A stretch of 64,000 nucleotides of DNA, from NCBI GenBank assembly GCA_965645245.1, contig OZ287077.1, positions 1,054,001 through 1,118,000 of the forward strand, read 5' to 3'. This document shows positions 13,037 through 25,686 of this stretch, one piece after another; within the stretch, counting starts at the first letter, position 1, and each line of letters begins with the position of its first letter. The stretch comes from Massalongia carnosa (lineage: Eukaryota). The notes beneath the pieces were generated by a model. It searched no databases, was not told where the DNA came from, and saw only the letters and a program-made list of their open reading frames with translations. The translations under genes were made by a program, and so were the position numbers.

Positions 13037-15169
13037 GACATCAGAGCAATTACGATGGATAAGAATTACGTAATGGATGAACAGGAAATTTACACAGACT
13101 TTGATGATGGAAAGTGATGAGGCACACATTCGCTTTTATTTGTTCTCAACCTGCCTTTTTTTCTTAAGAATGAATTAATATTCTTTATTTTATATATATT
13201 TTTGGCATTTGCCAACGTGTATTACTGAGTTATACCTTCTAAAGGTCTACAACAAACACATAGGCCTACTTCTCAAATCATATGTTTGCTTGATACACTA
13301 TATATATTCAAGCTCCCCGCTGCAGTTCGTCCAGGCAAAATCTCTAACCGAACTCACTCCGCCTGAGAAAAATAAACCTCCTGCTCATCTTACTTGAACC
13401 CAGCCGCCTCTCTTACTCATCCTACGATGCTTTGCTGTAGAGAATTCCAGTCCAGAGCCAGTTAGCTCGTTCAGTTCCAACAGATCTCGGATATACGTAC
13501 TTATGAAGCGCACCGGCTTGGTAGACACATAGCAACTTCGAAAATATACAAGAAAAGAACTAGACCGTGGCGGTATGATTACATAGGCCTTCCAGCAGAG
13601 ATTCGAGGGGGATATTTCTGCTATTTCAATGCCTGTTCGAGGGAAAGACATTTGCCGAAGTTCAGTATAGTGGAGGTGTGTGTGTGTGTGCTCTCAGCTA
13701 GGAACAGCGAGGGAAAAAAGAAAGAAGGAGAGAGAGAACGAGCGCACATCCAAGAAGAGAGAACTGGGTATATTAGTTGCATAAAAAAACCGAAGTAAAC
13801 TCTCTATCTATCTATCTACTTATCTACACGATGTCAAATATCAAGACGGATTGCCTACGACAGCTGGAGAGCAAGTAGATAGACCTATAAGGCTAACAGT
13901 AGAGAGGCTAGCGCAACATCAAGGCAGACCTAGAAATGTGCAAACCTAAAATTCCATACCCTATTCCAAAAAAAAAAGAAAAATAGAAACTCTGATTTCA
14001 AAATTCCTTGTTCAACTTTATGATATATATAATATTAACATACAGGTCATCGATACAGTGGCAGGAGTCTCAACTCGGGGAATTTCCCAGAACGACTCGA
14101 GTGCATCGCGGATTTAAAACGCGAAACACAGAACAATCGAACGAGATACATGCCTGAAATGGAGAGAAAGCGAGGCTGAGGCAATATACACATTAACACT
14201 AAGGAATGGAGCAACGCCATTGTCACTTCCCACAAATCTCATGTTACATAACTAGGCCCCTCCACCAGCGTACGAGAACCGGCCGTAAGCATCCTGAGCT
14301 CCGTACCACTCTTCTTGGTAGTTATTTGTTATCTACCGACACGTATGTAACTCAGCCCCATGGGGAAAACTGGAGACAAAGTTCGTTCGTTCGTTTGTGC
14401 GCTCGTTATTGAACCCGAAGACGAGTTCGCCCAGCTGCTGATAAGGTACTTCCAACGCAAGTGCCTAGGTACTCGTACTACCTATGGGGAAGGGAACGTT
14501 CCTTCTTCGCGTGTTGTGTTGTACTCGTACTGTATAGCTTTCGAGAAACGATCTGCAGAATGGTTTTATCTTGGTGGATATGGTCGATATTCGTTGGGTA
14601 TAGAGAGAGCAGTGTGCATGATTTGATTTGAGACTGTTCGGTTCATTTTTCATTTATGGTCAGGTATGGGCTGATGTTACTGCGTGGTCACGGAGTCTTC
14701 TTCATGCTGTTGTTCTCGTACTTCAAGCCTTCAGTATTCAAATTCGTACAACCGTCTATAGAAATTAGTATCTCATTTCTGTCAATGTCGAGAACATCTT
14801 TGCATGACTGCATCTCGAGAAGGAGCTACTCAAGGTTTGTTGTTTGCGGTGGATCGAGAGAGCGGGGCACGACGGCTATGAGCCATGGTTGGTCAAGCCT
14901 CGCCACACCGATTGCAAAGGAGAAGACTATGGAGATATTTGTTTGCGCGGTGGGTTGCGGGTGAGGATAATGGGGTCTAGGAGCGTTCCTGGGGACTGTT
15001 AGGAGGCGGCCGAACCGAGGAGAGTGATACAGAAGGGGTTAAAGGATGAAGTTATAGGAAGTTTGGTGTTGGCATTCCCAGTAGACAGAATAATAGGAAA
15101 GTCCACTAGCTTACAGTGTAATGCTTGCGAAAGAGTGCTGGGAGTAAATAGATAAAAAGTTAGGCTACA

Positions 15170-16236
15170 TCACTCATGCGACCACTCTGGCTTCTTCTTC
15201 TCAACGAACGCGTTCATACCTAGAAACCCTCATTAGCTTTGTCGAATCCACTCTCAAACAAAATCAAAACCTACCGATCTTCTGATCTCTACTCCCAAAC
15301 AAGCCATGAAATACCTTCCTCTCAAACTCCACCCCATCTCTCAATCCCACCTCTTCACTCTTGTTCACCACCTCCTTCGCAGCCATAACGGCCACCCTCG
15401 ACAGTCCCGCAATCCTCACCGCCGTCTCCACCGCCGCTTCCAGACACTCCTCCCCGCTCCCAAAAACCCTGGCCGCAACTCCCCACTCGCCCGCCTCCTT
15501 TCCGCTAAAATTCTTCCCCGTAAGGATCAGCTCCATGGCTCTGCTTTTCCCAACAGCGCGAGTGAGTCTTTGGCTGCCGCCGGCGCCGGGAATGATACCC
15601 AATCTGATCTCCGGCTGGCCAAAGGTGGCCGTGGCTGAGCAGTAGATGATATCGGCCATAAGGGCGAGTTCGCAGCCGCCGCCGAGGGCGACGCCGTTGA
15701 CGGCTGCGATGAGGGGTTTGCGGATGTAGGGGATTGTGGAGGACCAGGTGGAGATGAAGTTGATGGTATGGGCTTGGCTAAAGGTAAGGTCTTTCATTTC
15801 TTTAATGTCCGCTCCGGCTACGGAAAGTTTTCGAGTCAGCCAATACTTACATGTGGCTATTGCTAAGTTGAGGTCTGTTGAGAGCCGGTACCTGCAAAAG
15901 CCTTCTCGCTTCCGGTAAGGACAATAGCGCCCGTCTCTTTGTCATTATCGAGTTCCTGTAGGGCGTCGTTCAGTTCGCGGAAAAGGGCGGAAGAGAGGGC
16001 ATTCAGTGCTCTAGGTCGATTAAGAGTGACTGATGGATCACTAATACGTCAGCGTAGGAGTCTGTTTTTTGGATAGAAGGAAGCGGCATACTGAGGCCTA
16101 CTCCTGGTTTCGGCGATGAGACCAATATATTCTCATAGGAGGACCCTGATGCTGCGGAGTATGGTCGACTAAAGCGTGGTACTGATGAATATAAGCATCG
16201 TGAGACCAATGGCCTCAAAATCTGTATTGGCGCCAT
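15170..16236 (-). CDS. Mitochondrial enoyl-CoA hydratase (crotonase family), multi-exon
   Basis: Motifs [66 protein letters not shown]; last exon [16 protein letters not shown]; Arg/Ser-rich presequence-like N-terminus [18 protein letters not shown]. Confidence 0.92.
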
Positions 16237-16558
16237 TGAGCTTGACAAACAATGTACTCTGTACGGGGTATATGTTTAGTATGTACGCGGGGAAGAGGGA
16301 GTTGAAGGCGCGGAGCAATAGCCATGCACAGACCACGTGCATAGACCACTAACTCTAAAGCAGCCTGGCGCCGTACGTCTCAAGAATTGTGGGATTTCCA
16401 TTCGAACGTTGTGCCACCCACTCAGCCTTGAAGTAACGTTGTCCTTCATCTCACCTTTGAGTCTGTTCGAACTCCGAGCGTTCTCATTCTGAGTCTACCA
16501 TCTTCTGGAGTGAAGTCTTATACACACTCGGGCGTTCGACGCCCTCCAGGCCCCCATC

Positions 16559-17397
16559 ATGGACGACAAGGAACCCGATCAAACCCCTTTCGCAGCCGTG
16601 AGCGCGCAAACCTCTAAATTCTCAAGAGTACGCATTCTTCCGCTAAGTCGTTCTTCGCTTGTCGGCTCCTTTACTAACTCGATATCTTTGTCCAATAGCT
16701 CTACCAATCCTACCTTGACAAATGTACACCCTATACCACCTATCGCTGGGTCAGCACCGGCGCCCTTCTAATTCTATTCTTTATGCGAATTGTTCTTACG
16801 CAGGGCTGGTACATTGGTATTACTTCCTGCTTCCCTCCGAAAAAAAACTTACTAAAGGCATTGTTCAACCTAGTCTGCTACTCCCTAGGAATCTACCTCC
16901 TAAACCTTTTCCTCGCCTTCCTGCAGCCCAAATTCGACCCCTCACTCACGCAAGATGAAGGGCTAGAAGACGGCGAGGGAAGCCTGCCGACGAAGCAAGA
17001 TGAGGAATTTCGCCCATTTATCCGACGATTGCCTGAGTTTAAGTTTTGGCATTCGGCTACGAGGGCGATTGCGATTAGTTTTGTGTGCACGTGGTTTTCA
17101 GTATTCAACGTGCCGGTGTTTTGGCCGGTATTGGTGGTTTATTTTATTATATTGTTCTCACTGACGAGTAAGTGGCCCTTTCTCTTGTTTGCACGATTAT
17201 ATTTTGTTTTGCTCTGCAGTACTCGACTACTAGCTGTAATCAAGAGAGACTTCCCAATCGAGGCCCGTGAGCACTTCATACATTATCTAACAGCATGCTC
17301 CTCTCTAGTGCGGAGGCAGATCCAGCACATGATCAAATACCGCTACGTCCCTTTCACCTTTGGTAAAACGAAATACAACCAGCGAAGCGGACATTAA
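16559..17397 (+). CDS. RER1: Golgi-to-ER retrieval receptor Rer1, multi-exon
   Basis: YSLGIYLLNLFLAFLQPKFDP, DEEFRPFIRRLPEFKFW, PVFWPVLV and RRQIQHMIKYRYVPFTFGK are hallmark Rer1 segments. Confidence 0.93.
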
Positions 17398-18790
17398 TCG
17401 GCTGCCGTCCAACCAATAAACCTGGTGGAAAGTCGGCCTTTCCGCAGAAAACAGGCTATATAAGGGTATCACGGAAAAAACTGGGTTCTTTCTGCAATTG
17501 TTTTTCTCCTCTTCTGTACAACAAATCAGATAATGGAACCGGACGCATTTGCTAAAACCTCGTATCGAGGGGCCTTGGCGGAGCGGAGCGTTTTCCAATC
17601 TCGGCAGCTAGAAAGAAATATCCATACTTAGATAGACTGTTCAACAAATTTCACACTTTTCGTTTCCAGCTTCGTTGCTATTCCTGTTTCTTCTGCCCCG
17701 TGGACTTGTTCTGGAAGATTCTAGGTAGCGTGTTCTCCCCGAAATTCAAACTCGTCGATTAACGAGCAGGAGGAGAAAGGTTCCGAATCTCATTTCTGTC
17801 TCTATATCCACATATATCTATAGTGCAACCCCCTCCCGGTGCTCTGCAGGCAGGTATTCATCAATCAGCGATTTGGTGACGTTGTGGTTTAGGTTGAGAT
17901 TGGATCTGAAGACGTGGGATGGAGGATGGAATTGATAAAGGTTAAGGTTGGTGTTAGGTACCCAGTGGGGGGGGTGGGTGGATGAGTGAGCAGGTGAGTG
18001 AGTTAGTAGGGTCTGCTTCATATCCCCAATCCTTTATTTTGTTCTATTCTCTCTCACTTGAATATTCCTTCCTCTTCCACACATCCATACACCACAAATA
18101 ACTAAACCAACAAAATTCAAAAACTCGAGAAATGCAACGAAGATTGCGAAGCCTTTTCCACCTCTCCCCCCACCCTGCTTTCATCGACACGAGCACGAGC
18201 ATGGGAAGAGAATACAGTCTTCGTGAGGAGAAGAAAATGAAAGTAAGGGAAAGGAAAAAGGAGAGAGAAGAAAAAGAAAGAGGGAAAACAAGGAACCGGA
18301 AGAACTGAGTCTGTATATGTATGTAGGTTTTGCAGGTAGGTAAAAGGATAGAAAAGACTAGGAGAAATGATCCATACCCCAAAACTTGAAGCAGTTACCC
18401 AAATCGCCAGTCGAGCGCCTGCCTACCTTACCTATCTATTTATCAGCATGACCAGACGGGCGTAATCATGAAGAAGACGCACAGACATAACTTCACTTAG
18501 GTATTTATAAAGCGAAATCGAACGAACATGATCTCGAAGAGTTGGGTTCCACAATGAATACATTTCTTGGAATTTTTTATAGCGACGAGGATCGTATGGA
18601 TGTAAACAGACAAACCCAATGCCTAGAATGCCAAAATAATCCATAAATGGCAAAAAACCGTCAAAACATAACTCTAGCCGTATGCGTAAGATGGCATGGC
18701 ATGGCTCGTAACTCATATCCCGTTTGTTCCATATGCATCTGCACCCACGCACTTCCTTCCGTGCAATACCCAATCCCCCCCGCCCGGGGT

Positions 18791-20361
18791 CTACAACCTC
18801 GCCTGCGCATTCCCTGCAGCCAGGTTTTGCGGGTTTGGCGCTAACTTCTCCGTCTCTTGCTCAATCCTCGCTCCAAGGTCCTTGTTGATGCGGAAAAACA
18901 TCTCATACGTCCGCCGCCTGACTGGCTCTTTGGCCGCACAGAGATGGCCCGCCACGTTCCCAACAAAATTCTCCTGCTGTCCCGGCGTTCGCCCGAGAAC
19001 CTCCCACAGCAAGCCCGGCTGTACGAAATCCTCGTCCGTCACGGGCAACTGCTGCGCCACGGCCGCGCCCGCCCACTTCTCGTGCTCCTGTGAGGGTTTG
19101 ACAGGCTTATAGGTCATGTTGCGGTAGGTTGAGGGGTAGTTGGGATTGGCGCCATAGTTGCCGTTGACCGCCATGATGCCGTCACGCTGGTAGGGGTTGA
19201 AGGCGCGGAGGGGTTGGTTGACGGGAATTTGTTGGTAGTTGACGCCCAGACGGTGGCGGTGGGTGTCCGGATAGGAGAAGAGGCGAGATTGGAGCACCGG
19301 GTCGGCGGAAGGCTCGACCCCTGGAACCATGTGCGAAGGGGAGAACGCGACTTGCTCGATTTCGGCAAAGTAGTTTTCGGCGTTTCGGTTGAGAACGAAT
19401 TTGCCAAACGGCCGGAGGGGGACTTCTTTTTGCGGCCATACCTTTGTGAGGTCGAAAATGTTCCAGTGAAACTTTTCGGCTTGCTCGGGGCTTAACACTT
19501 GGAGATAACACGTCCAGGACGGGTATTCGCCGGCTTGGATTGAATTAAATAGATCTTGTGTATGCCAGTCTGGGTTTTCCGACGCCATTTTGCCGGCTTC
19601 CTCATTGGTAAAGGTCTTGCTGCCCTGATCTGTTTTACAGTGAATCTGGACGTAATTGAAGGTGCCATCGGGTTTGGTGAGTTTGTACGTATGGCCCGAG
19701 TAGCCGTTTATATGACGGTACGAGTATGGGGTGCCACGATCCGAGAAAAGGTGCATGACCTGATGGGCAGATTCTTGATGGGTTGAGAGGTAGTCCCAGA
19801 ACATGGTGGCATCTTTTAGGTTGGTTTGGGGGTTGCGCTTCTGGGTGTGGATGAAGATGGGGAATTTCGAGGGGTCTCGAAGGAAGAAGATCGGGGTATT
19901 GTTGAACACCCAGTCCCAGTTGCCCTCTTCTGTGTAGAATTTTATGGAAAAGCCCCGAGGATCTCGGGCTGAGTCTGGAGATCCTTTTTCACCCCCAACG
20001 GTGGAAAAGCGAGCCACGCACTTAGTCTTCTTGCCAACCTTGGAAAGCATGTCCAGAGAGGTCTAGATGGCGTCAGTATTGACGCAGCTCCATTACTGCC
20101 TCAACATACCAGATCACTAATGTCATGTGTTACTTCAAATTCTCCATACGCTCCGGCGCCCTTGGCATGCACTACCCGTTCCGGAATGCGTTCGCGGTCG
20201 AAGTGAGCGAGTAGGTCAATCAAATGAAAGTCTTGGAGAAGCAGAGGGCCATTCTGGCCGACTCTTTGCGATGACTCTGGGTCCATGACTGGGCAACCAT
20301 TTGAGGTGGTATAAATGGGTTTCTCCTCATACCTGAGGGTGCCAGGTCCATGGTCGACCAT
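18791..20361 (-). CDS. Small-subunit monofunctional heme catalase, peroxisomal (C-terminal ARL); intron 20063-20109
   Basis: [17 protein letters not shown] (active-site His), [27 protein letters not shown] (proximal Tyr); ends with the PTS1-type tripeptide ARL. Confidence 0.96.
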
Positions 20362-20688
20362 TTTGAAAAAGAGAGTATTCAAAGGCAGGAGACGGAGCGA
20401 TTGTACGCTGATATACTTGATAGATTGGGAGTTGAAGAAGAAGGATTGGAAGTGGTAGTACAAATTAAGTCTCAAGCAAGAGGGGAGCATACAAAGCTGT
20501 CATTCGGTGAAGAGGGGTTAAGGGCCCGAATGCCGAGATCGCGCCTGTGGACGATTAGATTAGGGTTAGGGCACGATTGTCATCTTTGATCTTCCGTCAT
20601 CTCTTAACCTCCTATATATACAATCAACATCTCCTCAACCTTCAACATAGACCTCACTTTGTCAAGAAACAACAGATTTGTATACTCA

Positions 20689-21755
20689 ATGGCACTGCAA
20701 AGTGATCAAATGACTCGTCTAGTTGTACTGATCTCCGGCAATGGCACTAACCTGCAAGCATTAATTGATGCCTGTTCCACGGAAAGATTACCCTTCACGA
20801 AAATCGTCCGTGTAATATGTATGAGTTATTCCGTTTCTCAGCATTCAAATTGACTGACGTTGGCGTAGGTAATCGTAAGGATGCGTTTGGACTCGAGCGG
20901 GCCAAAAATGCGCAAATCCCAACAACTTATCATAATATCGTTCGATTTCGAAAGAAAAATTCCGATGATCTGGACACGGCGAAGCGCGAGTTTGACGCTG
21001 AGTGCGTTGACGTTATTTTCTCCCTTTTTCCTTCCTTCGTGCAATTGTAATGCACCTGCTAGATTTTATTTCTTGTTGATGACCCCTACCTTGTTTCATT
21101 CACGTTCCTGTTGGTCAATTGAACAAATCTCAGAAGACTCCCAACAAAAGCTATCACTAACGCCAACGCCTTCTAGACTAGCAGCTCTCATCCTTGCCGA
21201 ACAACCCCACCTCGTAGTCTGCGCGGGCTGGATGATTATTCTCTCCGGCTTGTTCGTCTCTAAAATGGACGCCGCCCAAGTTCCCGTAATAGTCAGTAGC
21301 TCCCTTTCCCCCTCCTTCTGTCTTCTCTCCACCCCCTCTTCGCCCAAAATCACTCCTCTCTAGAAAGAACTCAACTTGAACCCCAACCAAATAAATAGAA
21401 TCTCCACCCCTCCCTTCCCGGCCCATCAGCCATCAAAGGCGCCAATGCAATCCAAAGAGCCTACGAAGCATTTCAGCGTGGAGAAATTACAAAAACGGTA
21501 CGTTCTTCCCCCGAGCCATCCTCTATCTCCCAGATACCCCATGGGACTGACCCTGCCCCCTTTACGAAAAAGGGGGTCACAATCCACTACCTAATCGAAG
21601 AAGTCGACGCCGGCGACCCTATTATCTCCGCCGAAATCCCCATCCTAAAAACCGACTCTCTCGCGGACCTCGAACAGCGAATCCATTCCGTGGAATGGGG
21701 CCTAATAGTTGAGGGCACGCACTTGGCGATTGAGCGCTTGCGGTCGCCATCGTAG
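20689..21755 (+). CDS. ADE8: Phosphoribosylglycinamide formyltransferase, multi-exon
   Basis: RLVVLISGNGTNLQALID, NRKDAFGLERA, LVVCAGWM, NLHP, GVTIHYLIEEVDAGDPI and EQRIHSVEW across GT-AG introns. Confidence 0.88.
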
Positions 21756-23344
21756 CCCGTTTTGTTTTTCTAGCCAACGGACTGCGCTACTCTTCCACCC
21801 TTTACGGGGAAAAGATGTGAAGAGGTTCGCGTAAGATTTCTTCCACATGGAAGCAATTTCTCCAACGCCGAGGGAATGAAGGAAGAGGAGCCCACCATAA
21901 ACCACCTCCGTTGATCTCCCCTGAATCACCCCCCCCCAAAATAAACTCTTTCGCATCAGCAAGATCCATCCCAGCTCGCACAACGGCCCCTCTCCTCATC
22001 AGCAAGAAAACCGGAAAGTCGTCAAATAACCCTAGCTCATAAGCACAGCCATAACCTTATGCCATCCTTTTAATAACTACCACTCACCCTGTCTGTCCTG
22101 TGAGAGTAACAATAAAGAAGGGAACAGGTGATAGTTTGATTTGGCTCGGGAGGGGTTTTGGTCCTTAGTCCTCGGTTCTATCACCTTCCAAGAATAGGGG
22201 TGGCAAGGGGTAAGGTAAAGAGTAAGTAACCCATGAGTGGATGAGATTTATGGTTTTCCTTACGGTTTTCGCTGCTTCGTAATTACATATGCATAGATCG
22301 TTGACTCTACGGGTCTGTATGTGGTGATTAAACGGATGGGCTGGTGGAACGGTTGTACGAGTCACCGAAATCCCGGAATTAAATATAACAAGGAAGAACC
22401 TCTTGCGCGGCACCAGGTGCGAAAATGGGAAGGTGGGAAGATGGGGAAATGGGGGTGGTGTCGTACCTATGATTAATACTGTGATATAAGAGATCAACTC
22501 ACATAAACCTAACGCTGTATGTCAACCTATGCCTAGGATTTAGGCAAGTATGTAACCAACTCCACCTACTTCTTCTCTCCTCTCGTTCACCTCGCATCCT
22601 ATATAAAATCTCCACACCATCGCATTCCCATCCCCATCCCCATCCCGGAAGATCTTCATGCTCAACTACCTGCTTGATAAGAAGCCGAGAGAAAAGGTAA
22701 TGGTGATGGCAATGGTTACTCGGTGAACTAAGTCTCGGATGGAGAGACCAATAGAGTTGGTATAGGTATAGGTAGCTGTCCCTGGCTCCTCGGGCCCACA
22801 CCGGTTCTTTCTCGCGCCTCTCGATCGCTAAAATGGCTGGTGCGATTTTTATGCGTTGCATATTTGTTTTCGAAGCGAGTATAAATAACCCTTGTTCGTC
22901 TTCACAACCAAACCCCTCCACATTTCGTGCGCGGACTTCGTTCATAGAATTCCTGGCTACGGGCCTTAGAAAAAAGTTGAAAGATATATCGGACCTTATG
23001 TCGGCTCATCGAGGGGGAGACGAGCTAAAATATACTCTTTGACAGAAAGGTAGTTTGACCACTGCTTTCATTGACCAAATTTAGCGAGTGACTGACTGTG
23101 CAGTGCGTGTCTTCCCGCTGTTGACCTTTCGTCAGGACGTAGGGATGCATGGAGCTTAGATTTTTTTCTTAAGTCTGTCTTTGGGTGAACCGTAGAACCT
23201 GCACAGGGTAATGGCTTGGAGTTTTAGGATTTCAACCACTGGCTAAAACATACCAAGCGCCTGTCTCGAAGACCCCGTGTATCGCTACTTCGACTTAGAA
23301 TGTGAGGAGGAGAACGAGAATCGTGCTCATGCAAGGCTGGAGTC

Positions 23345-25039
23345 TCAAGTAGCAAGACTCTGGGCCGTGATGTCAACGCTCCGTATTCGTCCACACATAA
23401 CGGCATCCTCTCCCAACGCATGCCAATTCACATCATGAAATCTCACCGCCGGCTGCGACTGGCCGGACTCGTCCTGCGTCCGAGCAGGATTAACCTTAAC
23501 GGCGTCTCCGTCTCCGAAATACACCGGAGCAACGGTGACGATGATGGAGCTGACAAGAGGCGCGTGATCCGGCTGCAGCAAATCATTTATTACCATGCCG
23601 CCGCCCTCAATCATGACGCTCTTGATGCCCTCCGCAGCTAGCGCCTTCAAGATCGCTTCCCATCGGAGACGCCACCGCTTGTCAAAATCGGTGAGCCCAA
23701 GGTACTTACCGCCGTAGTATTTGAGCATTTCTAGACGGGTGGGATCGATGGCGAATCCTGGAGCGATAATCACCCATGGACCTTTTCCTTTGCCCTCCTG
23801 CACCGTTCGTAGCACCTTCGATTCAGGCGTTAGGAGCCATCTTGCGCCGGGATCTATGATGATTGGTCGAGGTTGACCCTCCCATCCTACCCCGCCAAAG
23901 CCACCCACCCCTTCTAGCCGACAGTTGAGAGCGGGATCGTCGGCAGTGGCAGTGCCGACTCCGATCAAGATGGCATCGTGCCTCGAACGTAGATAGTGAG
24001 TCATGGCTTTCGATTGAGGTCCTGATATGGCTGTTTGCCTGCCCTGTGCGATACTGAGACATGCATCCATTGATGTAGCGTAGGTGAGGGTGACATGCGG
24101 ATACCCATTTTCATCTGCCGTCATGTTTCTTGGAGGCAGGTATGGTTCAAGGAAGCCCCGAGACTCTTCTGAGTATCTAAGGCTGTTTGGAGGCGGTAGT
24201 GGTGGATTGACGACGTGTTCAAACATAAAATCATCACTACTCGGAAGATATCCGGCGGCTGTATCATCATGCCTCACGATTCCATTGCCGTGATCATATT
24301 TGTATCCTTCATGTACTCGCAGCGGTTCACGGTGGACTAGCCGCCATGCTTGCGAGGTATTTCGGATGTCGTTCCTGCTCAGATAGCGTCCCCCAGCATC
24401 ATCAAGCCTGGCTGTATTTTCGCTCATGAAGGTGAACACTGAGGCTGGCATGTAGCCCTTCATCACCTCGGATCGTGCAATATCCATTAGTACGGTGGTC
24501 CGTTTGATCCTGTCGATATGCTCGAGATCATGAGAATGCTGAGTTTGGTCCCCAACCTGCGTAATGGTGTATCCCGAATAGCCCCCGTTATACCGAATGG
24601 TCTTCACCCTCATCTGGCATGTGCCCCCTTCTCGAATATGCTTTTTCCGCGTTGGCTTGCCTTCTGGCCGTGGCTTATCCACACCTTTGGGAGTATAGGT
24701 TGGCCGCTGCAGCCGGCATGCATAGTAGTCTGTTGTGTATTTGCCCGTCTTATCAGTACCAGCTTTATGCTGCCTGACCCAGACGTTATCAACGTACGGC
24801 CAATACAGCTCGAACTCATCGACGTGAAGCTCAATTTTCTCCCTCACTTCAAAGAGGCGTCGTCGCATGAGAGCAAGATCTTTTGGGGGGTGGAGCAGTT
24901 CATTAATACTCCGCGTTGGTTGTGGAAATTGATTGCTACCCTCTTGTATTTGATCCTGTGCCTCTGCTAGTTCCGAGTTCCCGTTTGCCGGTGCATCAAT
25001 GAAATGGTCTCCAGGAATGCCCGACTGTGCATCACCCAT
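23345..25039 (-). CDS. Fusion protein: N-terminal FAR1/WRKY-GCM1-like C2H2 domain plus C-terminal RibD-C/Rib7-type pyrimidine reductase domain
   Basis: C-terminal half: PHVTLTYATSMDACLS, ISGPQSKAMTHYLRSRHDAILIGVGT..ADDPALNCR, SVMIEGGG. N-terminal half: YYAC-x32-C-x26-HSH. Single uninterrupted ORF, first ATG at 25039. Confidence 0.8.
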   Translation of the reverse strand: MGDAQSGIPGDHFIDAPANGNSELAEAQDQIQEGSNQFPQPTRSINELLHPPKDLALMRRRLFEVREKIELHVDEFELYWPYVDNVWVRQHKAGTDKTGKYTTDYYACRLQRPTYTPKGVDKPRPEGKPTRKKHIREGGTCQMRVKTIRYNGGYSGYTITQVGDQTQHSHDLEHIDRIKRTTVLMDIARSEVMKGYMPASVFTFMSENTARLDDAGGRYLSRNDIRNTSQAWRLVHREPLRVHEGYKYDHGNGIVRHDDTAAGYLPSSDDFMFEHVVNPPLPPPNSLRYSEESRGFLEPYLPPRNMTADENGYPHVTLTYATSMDACLSIAQGRQTAISGPQSKAMTHYLRSRHDAILIGVGTATADDPALNCRLEGVGGFGGVGWEGQPRPIIIDPGARWLLTPESKVLRTVQEGKGKGPWVIIAPGFAIDPTRLEMLKYYGGKYLGLTDFDKRWRLRWEAILKALAAEGIKSVMIEGGGMVINDLLQPDHAPLVSSIIVTVAPVYFGDGDAVKVNPARTQDESGQSQPAVRFHDVNWHALGEDAVMCGRIRSVDITAQSLAT

Positions 25040-25686
25040 AGTAACGATCAAGCTCTGTCTCTAGTCTAAAGGCGTATGGTATGCCGACATTTGTTGGATG
25101 AATGCCTTTCTGTTTAAAGACCACTTCCCGGAGAGGGTGGACTTTGGTATCAGAATCTCGGAGGGTGCCTGTTACCCAATCCATAATTTTGTTAGACACG
25201 GCAGCTTCATAACACAAGCTGTTGCTTATATCTACTCACAAAAAATCGAGAGAAATGACTCATGGGGTGAATATCTGTAATAGGTGAACTTAGACAGTGC
25301 ATTCTACAGTGCTTTGCTATATATAGGCCTCAAGGATCAAAAGATGAACCTTAGAGAAGGTTAGATGTATCAAAGAATGATTGGAGCATGCTAGCAATTG
25401 TGCAAATATGCCGTTTAATGACTATGATTGCTATGAACCACAATTGATTGAGGCTTCATTGTTTTTGATACCACCATTAATAAAGCTTTCCTACAAGCTA
25501 TTTCAACTTTTCCCTTGCCTATCATCGCTGAAGTGGGTATCACAAGGAACTGGAAATGTGTGCGCCCACAACGCCAAGTCTCCCCTTTTGTTCCCAAAAT
25601 AGAAAAATCCCAGTTTGACATCCAGGTTAAGGAAGTAACCGGAACGAAGAAGTTCGAAATCTCTATGTTTTGACATTCTAGAGACC

